20,000 bases of DNA from Chiloscyllium plagiosum (Eukaryota), in NCBI RefSeq assembly GCF_004010195.1, contig NC_057753.1, positions 11,231,642 to 11,251,641 on the forward strand, read 5' to 3'. A program made the position numbers and the translations under genes. Below, piece by piece: positions 10,925 to 19,794 of this stretch; within the stretch, counting starts at the first letter, position 1; each line of letters begins with the position of its first letter. The notes beneath the pieces are model-generated. The model had not been told where the DNA came from. It saw only the letters and a program-made list of their open reading frames with translations, and ran no database searches.

Positions 10925-11612
10925 TTCTAATTCTGTTATTGAGCCCCTGACTGGCCTCGAGACAAGTGTAGAACTTGTCATGTGCCACCATTAAGCCACA
11001 CCTATAAACTTGTCTCCCATTCACTCCCAGTGTTCACACATAAACCAGCAACTGGGACATTAATAAAAACTGACTTCGATTATGATTAATTACCAGTGGA
11101 ATAAAGAGCAAATGTTCAGCTCAAAAAGCAAAGTTTCAACGGAACATTGTACAATGAGAGTGTCAAACTCGCGACTTCAGAAAAAAAATCTTTCAGTCCA
11201 CTAACTGAGATAGCCGGACATATTATCAGGGTATAACCACTTCTCTTTTCAAGGCGAGGTAACTTCTTAGAATCCACGAAAATAAATAAATTGACCAGCA
11301 GAAGTCCACGGCTCCAATGCTTTCTGCTCAAAAATTAGCAAAATCATTAACATTCCGGTTCGCTTTTGTTTCTTTCTCGACATTGACATCCAGTTTCTTC
11401 AGCTTCTCTTCCTGAATGCAAAGTCGTTTGCCTGTTTTTTGTCTTTATTTTGAAAGCAGATTCGCTTCAATATCAAGCAGAATGTGGAAATTTAGATTAA
11501 GTTTGTATTTGCACAAAGGCAGTGAAAATCTTTTGACATCAATCTCGAATATATTTGCCCCACACACCAGATGAAAAGCTGATTACTTCTCTGGAAAATC
11601 TGCAGGCAGTGT

Positions 11613-11684
11613 AGCAGAGTGGCGCAGCGGGAGCGTGCTGGGCCCATAACCCAGAGGTCGATGGATCGAAACCATCCTCTGCTA
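11613..11684 (+). tRNA. tRNA-iMet-CAT: Initiator tRNA-Met (CAT)
   Basis: 71/72 identical to the vertebrate initiator tRNA as I recall it; A1:T72, GGG/CCC anticodon stem, CAT at 11645-11647, ATCG T-loop. Confidence 0.97.
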
Positions 11685-11706
11685 TATACCTAAGGTCTCC
11701 AGCATA

Positions 11707-11715
11707 TTTTTTTTT
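11707..11715 (+). terminator. RNA polymerase III oligo-T terminator
   Basis: T9 run 22 nt downstream of the tRNA-iMet. Confidence 0.8.
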
Positions 11716-11890
11716 CTATACCTTACCTCCGCATCCGTTTCCCCAAAACATTTTTGGAGATGTGAAATAAATATCTCACGATGATATACTGGCCTAATGT
11801 AGAAATATGAGGTAGGACATTTGTGGAGGTCTGAGTGGTGTTCTCCTGTTCTCTGTACCATTTGTTGAGGAGGGCAATGCTTGCTCCTGG

Positions 11891-12108
11891 TAAAAACAAA
11901 GACTGCAGATGCTGGAAACCAGATTCTGGATTAGTGGTATTGTACTCTATGCTACTTTCTCCCCACCCCCACCCTCCTCTAGTTTATCTCTCCACGCTGC
12001 AGGCTCTCTGCCTTTATTCCTGATGAAGGGCTTTTGCCCGAAACGTCGATTTCGCTGCTCCTTGGATGCTGCCTGGACTGCTGTGCTCTTCCAGCACCAC
12101 TGATCCAG
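11891..12108. mobile_element. Short PLE pLTR insertion with internal inversion
   Basis: Minus-oriented 3' end (about 11891-11938) joined to plus-oriented pLTR (about 11939-12111); 14/15 direct repeat AATGCTTG(C/T)TCCTGG at 11876-11890 and 12109-12123. Confidence 0.85.
12020..12047 (+). ncRNA. Minimal type-I hammerhead ribozyme motif (intact core)
   Basis: CTGATGA-A-GGGC-TTTT-GCCC-GAAA-CGTC; perfect stem II. Confidence 0.8.
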
Positions 12109-12294
12109 AATGCTTGTTCCTGGCCACTCGGGTGTGAGAGAAAAATTTAGAAACAGAATGATGTAATTATCCTCCAGTGGAGAGAGCCCGGGTCCTGGGA
12201 GACAGAATGAGAAGCAGACGTTCTGGAAACTCGTTGCTGCATGCAATTCTTGGAGCAATGTAGAATGTATTTCATAGTCAGCCAGTTTCAGCAG

Positions 12295-12389
12295 GTCAGA
12301 GGGCTCTCGGCGTAGGATTCCCCACTTTGGGGGCTTTTACCTTTATGTAGACGTGCGAGAGATCCCCGGTTCAAATCCCCGACCAGCTC
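12295..12389 (+). pseudogene. tRNA-Pro(TGG) pseudogene with 22-nt insert after position 37
   Basis: 12354-12389 matches the vertebrate tRNA-Pro 3' half at 31/36; 12303-12319 matches the D arm at 13/17; TT-TGG-G at 12326-12331; acceptor and T stems disrupted. Confidence 0.7.
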
Positions 12390-12654
12390 TCGTATTTGAC
12401 TTGTGCAAAAATGCCCGATCAAGTTTTTCAAAAGGAAGCTTCGTCAAAAGTAGGGATGGGGCAGGGCTACCGTTGCAGTGAACGCGGGCAAAGGGAAACA
12501 TTTGTGCAAAGTGAAAGCAACATTGCTCGCCCGCGCAATCCGACTCCGAATGAATCCTCCTCCAGCTGCGTTATTGCTCAGTTCCGAGTGTGAAATTTCA
12601 GGAAGCGGGGAAGTGAAGTGACTGGAGACAGCGCTCGACGTTAATGCTGCCGTG

Positions 12655-13290
12655 TATGAGGATTGTCAGCAGTGATGGCAGATTGGAAAGTTGGGACAGT
12701 TCTCCTTGGAGAACAGAAGGCTGAAAGCTGGCCTGATTGAAGTTTTCCAAGGCATGAGGAGTCGAGACAGAGGAAACAATGTAGTGAAAGTGCTCCCACG
12801 CCTGAAAGGATCGAAAGCGATTAGGCAGAGATTTAAAGTCATTAGGTAAAGTAGCAAAAGTGATATTTAGGAAGAACACTTTCCCACAGGGAGTGGTTGA
12901 GGTCAGGAAATCAGGTTTGACAGTGACAAAGGCAGATTCAATGGACATTAGATTAGATTACTTCCAGTGTGGGAACAGGCCCTTCGGCCCAACAAGTCCA
13001 CACCGACCCGCCGAAGCGTAACCCACCCCTACCCCTACATTTACCCCTTACCTAACACTATGGGTAATTTAGCATGGCCAATTCACCTGACCCTGCACAT
13101 CTTTGGACTGTGGGAGGAAACCGGAGCACCCGGAGGAAACCCACGCTGACACGGGGAGAACGTGCAAACTCCACACAGTCTATCGCCTGACATAACAGGG
13201 AATTCGGGATAGTCATATTCAAGGTAACAATGTCGAGATTTACAGGGTGAAGGCAAGATTACGATATGAAGGTGGGCTGCATCACATTCT
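12655..13290 (+). mobile_element. Old CR1 LINE 3' end, interrupted by an HE1 SINE
   Basis: Degenerate LGQFSLENRRLKAGLIEVF similar to LGLFSLESQRLRGDLIEVY; continues past 13193. Confidence 0.65.
12949..13190 (-). mobile_element. 5'-truncated HE1-type SINE
   Basis: Near-identical to the reverse complement of 6405-6655; GACAT duplication at 12944-12948 and 13189-13193. Confidence 0.92.
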
Positions 13291-13458
13291 GTGATTCTGA
13301 GTGAACTGTCAGTTCGACCAACAGATTGTGGCAATTTAGACAAACTTTATACTTACATAGCCGCCATACGTCTGTGCAACAGCACATTACACAGCAGCAG
13401 CGGAGATCTGATTTCTTGATTTGAAACACACCAGAAATTGAGCTTCAATTAAATACAA

Positions 13459-13513
13459 TGAGCCTGACGTGATTTGAACACGCAACCTTCTGATCTGGAC
13501 TCAGATGCGCTGC
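13459..13513 (-). pseudogene. tRNA-Trp(CCA) pseudogene, 5' end lost or diverged
   Basis: About 50/55 match to the 3' three-quarters of vertebrate tRNA-Trp; anticodon at 13496-13498; no recognisable 5' acceptor strand or A box. Confidence 0.85.
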
Positions 13514-13615
13514 ACACCCCCATGCTCGCCGTTATGCAAGATTAAGGAAATTGACCGAACTGCAATGGTTTTGTTACGTTATAACTTGAGAACGGAGGTC
13601 AACGGTTCATGGCTG

Positions 13616-13654
13616 CTCTGTCTCACTCTCTCTCTCTCTCGCTCTGTCTCTCTC
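13616..13654. repeat. Imperfect (CT)n microsatellite
   Basis: ctctgtctcactctctctctctctcgctctgtctctctc. Confidence 0.85.
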
Positions 13655-13685
13655 AACAATTTCCAACTCTCTCTAAATAAAATCT

Positions 13686-14002
13686 GAAAATAACTGCGGA
13701 CGCTGTACATCTGAAACAAAAAAAAAACAGTAGTTGCTGGAAAAGCTCAGCAGGTCTTGCAGCATCTGTGAAGAAACATCCTTCCACAGAACTGATGGTG
13801 ATTGGGAAAATATCAGTTAATAGACAGAAGAGAGGGTGGGAGGAAGGCGGACGGAGTAAATGATAGATGGGGTCGAGCCCAAAGTGAGATAAGAACGGTT
13901 GAACAGAGAAAGGAGTTGATCACGTTCTGTCTGGGAGGGTTAAAGGAGACTGTTAGTGACTAACAATTGGTGGTGTGTAATGGCAGACTATGTGACAACA
14001 AG
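13686..14002 (-). mobile_element. Older PLE pLTR fragment (hammerhead segment apparently deleted)
   Basis: ttgctggaaaagctcagcaggtcttgcagcatctgtg resembles the reverse complement of 9440-9490; purine-rich continuation. Confidence 0.55.
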
Positions 14003-14241
14003 GTAAAAACAATGACTGCAGATGCTGGAAACCAGATTCTGGATTAGGTGTTGCTGGAAGAGCACAGCAGTTCAGGCAGCATCCGAGGAGCTTCAGCAAA
14101 ATCGACATTTCGGGCAAAAGCCCTTCATCAGGAATAAAGGCAGAGAGCCTGAAGCGTGGAGAGATAAGCTAGGGGAGGGTGGGGGTGGGGAGAAAGTAGC
14201 ATGCATAGCAGGTCAGGCAGCATCCGAGGAGCAGCGAAATC
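14002..14241 (-). mobile_element. PLE pLTR fragment with a partial tandem repeat
   Basis: Reverse complement of the 11949-12111 family plus terminal segment; 14207-14241 repeats about 14065-14103. Confidence 0.85.
14104..14131 (-). ncRNA. Minimal hammerhead motif, stem III CpG-mutated
   Basis: Reverse complement CTGATGA-A-GGGC-TTTT-GCCC-GAAA-TGTC. Confidence 0.65.
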
Positions 14242-14295
14242 CAGAATTCCAGAAGGAAACAGCTGGAACGACTGAGTGAATCTTCTCCCGCAACA

Positions 14296-14490
14296 GCAGT
14301 TTCTTTCCTTAAAAAGGACAAGGGTGGATCAGATAGGGTTTCATTTCCACCCTAAAATGGTTTCATCATTAGCTTCCGAACTCCAGATTTCTGACTGAAT
14401 TGCAATTCTGCTGCGGCGGGATTCGAAGCCGGAACTCTGCAGAACTGGGTTGATAGTCCAGTCAATATTGGCACTTCGGCCGTCCCTCCT
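14296..14490 (-). mobile_element. tRNA-headed SINE (non-HE1) in the ZNF 3' region
   Basis: B-box-like GGCTTCGAATCCC on the minus strand; homologous to 17962-18159. Confidence 0.7.
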
Positions 14491-15403
14491 TCAATCCCCC
14501 TGCAATGGCATGTGAACTCAGGGTGGGAGGAGCTGGGCACTGACAGCAGGTGAGCGGCCACTCCCCAGTATGGACCCACCGGTGGGCCAGCAGGCCGGAA
14601 GAATCGGTTAATCCTTTCCTGCCCTCGGAGCAGGTGGATGACCTCTCCTCAATATGGAGCTGCTGGTGATTCAGCAACGCAGCCGAGCAAGTGAATCCCT
14701 TCCCACACAAGGGGCAGGTGACTGGCTTCTCCCTCGTGTGGGTCTGATAGTGCGTCCACAGGTAGCCCACCTGACTGAACCCCCTCCCAGACGCGGGGCC
14801 CTCTTTCCCCTGTGGACCCGCTGTTGCATTGGCAGGTTGCACATCTGACTGAAGCCTTTCCCGCACTCAGGGCAGGTTAACAGTCTCTCTCCGTTGTGAA
14901 CCCGCTGGTGCGTCAGTCGAGAGGAAGATTCGATGAATCTCTTCCCACACACAGAGCAGATGAACAGCCTCTCCGCGGTGTGAATGCTTTTGTGGGTTTC
15001 AAGCACCGAAGGGGAAGGGAATCCTTTCCCACAGTCCCCACTTCTCCATTGTGTGTGTGTGTGTGTGTGTGGGTTTGGGGGGGGCGGTGTCATTGTGTTG
15101 CTCTGGGTTCGCCAGCCAGCTGCAATTACAAACAGAACAGGTATACAGTCTCTGGTCTCTGATGGTGTGGTTTTTATTCCCCAAGCTGAGTAAAGCGATT
15201 TTCAGTCAGTGCCCTCAATCTCCCTCACTTGGGTATCTATGTCTCAATGCTCTTCCTGCCACACCAGTATCCAAAATCTCTCAAGCTAACAAAAACATTT
15301 ATTCTCAATTTGAATGGCTGCTAATATTCAGGTCCCAATGAATCAAGTGACTCTGTCAGAAGTTGACGTATCATTTGTTTTCAGATTTCTTTCGACATGA
15401 TTC
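14491..15403 (-). pseudogene. C2H2 zinc-finger gene final exon, degenerate (about 6-7 fingers)
   Basis: CGKGFPSPSVLETHKSIHTAERLFICSVCGKRF...HNGERLLTCPECGKGF, frameshift, HTREKPVTCPLCGKGF...HTGEWPLTC; lost Cys/His residues; splice acceptor T8GCAG on the minus strand ending at 15404. Confidence 0.9.
15050..15071. repeat. (TG)11 microsatellite inside the ZNF exon
   Basis: tgtgtgtgtgtgtgtgtgtgtg. Confidence 0.9.
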
Positions 15404-16063
15404 CTGCAAAAAAAATCACAAAATATGTGATCACTGTCAGTACAGTTAAATGAACATAACATAGGTGACAATTCCTGTAGATTCCCAGATGCCTGCTGAT
15501 CACACATTATCCAGGACACAGAAACCTGAAATCCCTCATGCAGCCAGATACCTTAAGTGTATATGGAGGAAAACGTCATTTAGGTGACAATGATCCGGAA
15601 CAAGCTGCCTACTAGGATGCTGGGAAATGGAGCTGAATCAGGGACATGACAATGAAATGTTAAGGCTGCTTGAGAAAAAAAAGCCAGTAAAGTTGCTGAA
15701 TGATTTCCTTCTGTCCTATTCAATGAAAAAGATGACAAGAAATACAGGCCGTAACTCCATTACTGCATTAGATTGTGAAAAATAATAGCCATGAAGCTTT
15801 TACAACAGCGAATAATATCAGACATACACCCTATGAAACAACACAAATGTACATTTTATATCATTGTGCTAACCCTTAAATACTGCTCAGTTCCATGAGA
15901 AACTACCCTCTTAATTGTGAAAATGATGAAAGAAGCGGTCGGTTTCCAAGGTGCAAATTGTATTCAAATAGACATGTCAAACTGAGGGGAAAAAATGAGA
16001 ATACCTTTAAGAGGGACACAGCATCTGAGCACCTTCAGGCAGCATCCAAGGAGCAGCGAAATC

Positions 16064-16091
16064 GACGTTTCGGTCAAAAGCCCTTCATCAG
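16064..16091 (-). ncRNA. Minimal hammerhead motif
   Basis: Reverse complement CTGATGA-A-GGGC-TTTT-GACC-GAAA-CGTC; one stem II mismatch. Confidence 0.65.
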
Positions 16092-16138
16092 GAATAAAGG
16101 CAGTGAGCCTGGAGCGTGGAGAGATAAGCTCGAGGAGG

Positions 16139-16719
16139 NNNNNNNNNNNNNNNNNNNNNNNNNNNNNNNNNNNNNNNNNNNNNNNNNNNNNNNNNNNNNN
16201 NNNNNNNNNNNNNNNNNNNNNNNNNNNNNNNNNNNNNNNNNNNNNNNNNNNNNNNNNNNNNNNNNNNNNNNNNNNNNNNNNNNNNNNNNNNNNNNNNNNN
16301 NNNNNNNNNNNNNNNNNNNNNNNNNNNNNNNNNNNNNNNNNNNNNNNNNNNNNNNNNNNNNNNNNNNNNNNNNNNNNNNNNNNNNNNNNNNNNNNNNNNN
16401 NNNNNNNNNNNNNNNNNNNNNNNNNNNNNNNNNNNNNNNNNNNNNNNNNNNNNNNNNNNNNNNNNNNNNNNNNNNNNNNNNNNNNNNNNNNNNNNNNNNN
16501 NNNNNNNNNNNNNNNNNNNNNNNNNNNNNNNNNNNNNNNNNNNNNNNNNNNNNNNNNNNNNNNNNNNNNNNNNNNNNNNNNNNNNNNNNNNNNNNNNNNN
16601 NNNNNNNNNNNNNNNNNNNNNNNNNNNNNNNNNNNNNNNNNNNNNNNNNNNNNNNNNNNNNNNNNNNNNNNNNNNNNNNNNNNNNNNNNNNNNNNNNNNN
16701 NNNNNNNNNNNNNNNNNNN
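16139..16719. other. Assembly gap (581 N)
   Basis: Run of N. Confidence 1.
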
Positions 16720-16908
16720 TCCTTGTTACGGTTGGAGGGGTTGGGTCTGAGGGCAGAGGTGCGGGATGTGGACGAGATGCGTTGGAGGGCATCTTTAACC
16801 ATGTGGGAAGGGAAATTGCGGTCTCTAAAGGAGGAGGCGGCCATCTGGTGTGTTCTGTGGTGGAACTGGTCCTCCTGGGAGCAGATACGGCGGAGGCGGA
16901 GGAATACA

Positions 16909-17250
16909 CTCCCACACTCCGGGCAGGTGAATGGCCTCTCCCCGATGAGGACCTGTTACCGCGTCAGGAGGGTGGAAGAATCAACGAATATTTCCCGCAC
17001 ACAGAGCAGGTTAACAGTCTCTGGTGGTGTGATTTTGATGCCCCAAGCTGAATAAATCATTAAAGTGCCTTTCACAGTCAGTGCCCTGAATCTACCTCAC
17101 TTGGGTATCTGTGCCTCAATGTTCTTCCTGCCACAATCTCTCAAGCAGACAAAAACAAACATTTCTGCTCAATTGGAATGGCTGCTGATATTCAAGTCCC
17201 AATGAATCAAGTGGCTCTGTTAGAAGTTGAGGTATCATTTGCTTTCAGAT
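16909..17250 (-). pseudogene. ZNF pseudogene 5' segment (paralog of 15145-15387 plus one finger)
   Basis: 17014-17250 is colinear with about 15145-15387; 16909-17013 reads LTCSVCGKYSLILPPS...GERPFTCPECG on the minus strand with a frameshift. Confidence 0.85.
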
Positions 17251-17331
17251 CCACACTGGGGAGAGGCCGTTCAACTGCTGTTAGTGCTTCACCAGCTTCT
17301 CCCACCTGCAGAGGCACCAGTGAGTTCATGT
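17250..17331 (+). pseudogene. ZNF pseudogene terminal finger in the opposite orientation (continues at 17938 after the LTR)
   Basis: HTGERPFNCC*CFTSFSHLQRHQ*VH; homologous to the reverse complement of 14511-14575. Confidence 0.8.
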
Positions 17332-17937
17332 TGTTAGAAATGGGGTAAAGTTTTGTTTTTGCAGATATAGAAAAAGCATACAGAAAAGGGGTACAGCAAG
17401 AGAACTATTAACCCTGCAGGTAGTTAGGGACTTTTCAGTGTATAATTGTAGTTAATTAAATGCTAACTTTGGTGTGTAATTACTATAACAAAAAGTTCTT
17501 TTTGTAAAATTTATGCTTTCAGCAAAAAGCTGAGATAACCGAAATGCTTGAGCTATACAAAATGATACAAGTTAATGAAATGTCCGAGGATGGAATGTAC
17601 CAGCAGAATTGATACAAAATGTTAAACCAGATCTTGACAAAATAAATATATGTTATCAGCATTTACAGAAAGGAAGGTTGCCAGCCTGGGGAAGGGGGAA
17701 GTAATAAGGGTGGAGCACAGCTGGGCAGTGGTCTGGCACAGTAAGAGAGATTGGGTAATTAGGAGTCTGGAGAGATGCCCTCACTCAGCTCAAAGGGTAT
17801 AACTGTACACTAACCTAAGTTCTAATTTGCTCAATTGCTTTGTGCAGTTGCAGCCCGTACTTGCAAGTCCGTAATAAATTGTCTTGTTTCCAGATTTGTT
17901 GGTCTCGTCTAAAATTTTATTGAGTTTGTTTCTATCA
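17332..17937 (+). mobile_element. Solo LTR (606 bp) of an ERV/LTR retroelement
   Basis: TG...CA ends with 8/9 inverted repeat (TGTTAGAAA/TTTCTATCA); 4-bp TSD ATGT (17328-17331 and 17938-17941); TATAA at 17798 and AATAAA at 17873-17878; empty site present in the paralog at 14501-14520. Confidence 0.85.
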
Positions 17938-17961
17938 ATGTGCCATTGCAGGGGGATTGAA

Positions 17962-18280
17962 GGAGTGACGGCCGAGTGCCATTACCAACTGGACGATCAA
18001 CCCGGTTCTGGGGACTCATGGGTTTGAATCCCACCGCAGCAGATTGTGGAATTGGAATTCAGTCAGAAATCTGGGTTCAGCATCTAATGAGGAAACCATT
18101 TTCAGCGGGAAAAAAACCCATCTGATTCACTCCTGTCCTTTTTAGGGAAGGAAACTGCCTTTGCAAAAGGGATTCAACCAGTTGTCCCAGTTGCATCCTT
18201 TACCCGGTCTGGCCTATACGTGATTCCAGACCCACAGCAGTGTGGTTGACTCTTGACTGCCCTCCCTCCGGCAAATGATT
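17962..18280 (+). mobile_element. tRNA-headed SINE (non-HE1) in the ZNF 3' region
   Basis: B-box-like GGTTTGAATCCC at about 18021-18032; body ggtctggcctatacgtgattccagacccacagcagtgtggttgactctt; homolog of 14296-14490. Confidence 0.7.
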
Positions 18281-18712
18281 GGGGAGAAATTCACTTGGAT
18301 ACAGTGTATAGGTTGAAATTGCTACAGGTGAAGGCTGTACCAAGGATCCAGTTATAAAGGGAGAACTCAGTGCTGACCAATAGTAAAGGAAGTGGGGTGG
18401 AGAGTGTGTGTACACTTTGAGCTTGAGCTGTTGAAAAAGAAGCTACCTTTTGTACACCTTTTAGCTGGGGAGATCCGAAGATGTAACAAAGTTGGATCGC
18501 AATAATTGTTACCTGAACTTACTGTCAGATTCAACAGGTTTCTTTTTAAAGGCGTTCATATGTTTCAGGCTGCAGCACTAAGTTTCCAATGTCATGTATC
18601 AAAAGAAACAGTGAATGAGTAGCTAGTATGGTTAGAAATTATAAGTTTCTCATCTCTGCAGATTCTGCATCGTTTCATCGGCATTGTAAAGTTTATTGGC
18701 ACCAACAGGATT

Positions 18713-19017
18713 TAGAACAAAGAACAAAGAAAATGTACAGCCCAGGAACAGGCCCTTCGGCCATCCAACCCAGAGCCGATCCAAATGTACTGTCTAACCC
18801 TGTAGGTCAATTCCTAAGCATCTGTATCCCTCTGCTCCCCACCGACTCATGCATCTGTCCAGACGCATCTTAAATGAATCTACCGTGCCTGCCTCTACCA
18901 CCTCTGCTGGCAACGCGTTCAAAATGCCCACCACCCTCTGTGTGAAGTACTTGCCGCGTGTATCCCCCTTAAACTTTCCACCTCTCACCTTGAAAGCATG
19001 ACCTCTCGTTATTGAAT
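18713..19017 (-). mobile_element. CR1 LINE 3' end of another subfamily
   Basis: RGGKFKGDTRGKYFTQRVVGILNALPAEVVEAGTVDSFKMRLD; (AGAACAA)n tail at 18714-18730. Confidence 0.9.
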
Positions 19018-19044
19018 AATTTGTGGGCTGTATTCACTAAAAAC

Positions 19045-19791
19045 AAAGATTAAAAATCACACAACACCAAGTTGTAGTCGGACCGGTTTATTTGGAAGCA
19101 CTAGCTTTCGGAGCGCTGCTCTTTCATCGGGTAGCTGTGGAGCAGGATCATAAGACACAGAATTTACAGCAAAAGATCAGTGTCATGCAACTGAAATGAT
19201 ATATTGAACAAATATGGATTGTTGTTGAGTCTTTCATCTTTTAGAATGGGTTGCAGGTTTCCGTTTATTAATATGTAAATCCCAGAACTTCTTTTAAATC
19301 ACATTTTCAGGATAACTTAAGGTGATAAAAGTGACATCTCAGCTCAGACAGTGCATGAAAGGTGTGAGGTTAGAGTCTGTCTGTATCCCAATTTTGACTG
19401 GTTTATTTCCAAAGTAGGAATTTATGAAATATTACATGGATTGAATGTCTGTAGATTGTGTGCTTTTTGAGCAAAATAGAATATATCTGCAAATATAATT
19501 CTGCAAATGTAAATTCACCCCAAAACTTGTCTGTGTGCGTGCATGAGAGAGAGACTGTGTTTGCGTGTGTGCATGCTTGGTAAATTGTGTGTGTGAGGTG
19601 TATGTGTGTGTATGAGAGAGAGCCTGTGTATGAGAGAGGGTATGCACAAGTGTGTGAGTATGTAAGAGTGTGTGTGTGAGTGTGAGAGACAGAGTGTACA
19701 GTGTGGTTGGGTCACTTGTTGTGTGACGTGAACCCAAGGTCTCGCTTGAGGCCATCCTCATGTGTTCCAAACTTGGCTATCAGCCTCTACT
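19045..19791 (-). mobile_element. PLE 3' end, second copy of the 2907-3775 family
   Basis: Colinear reverse complement including the TG-rich tract and EQRLIAKFGTHEDGLK-like terminus. Confidence 0.85.
19102..19130 (-). ncRNA. Hammerhead motif with core mutation (CCGATGA)
   Basis: Reverse complement CCGATGA-AAGAGC-AGC-GCTCC-GAAA-GCTA; palindromic stem III AGCT. Confidence 0.5.
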
Positions 19792-19794
19792 CAA

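Larger units (their letters stand above)
16033..16905 (-). mobile_element. PLE (same family as 1-1438) spanning the assembly gap
   Basis: 16720-16905 encodes FLRLRRICSQEDQFHHRTHQMAASSFRDRNFPSHMVKDALQRISS (homolog of about 740-908); 16033-16138 is the matching pLTR. Confidence 0.85.

Noticed and set aside
15895..17055. Long ORFs of 251-386 aa
   Set aside because: Artefacts of reading through 581 Ns.
2907..19791. Large inverted repeat pair (2907-3775 vs 19045-19791) as ends of one giant element
   Set aside because: The copies are clearly diverged with indels and are best explained as independent insertions of an abundant family.
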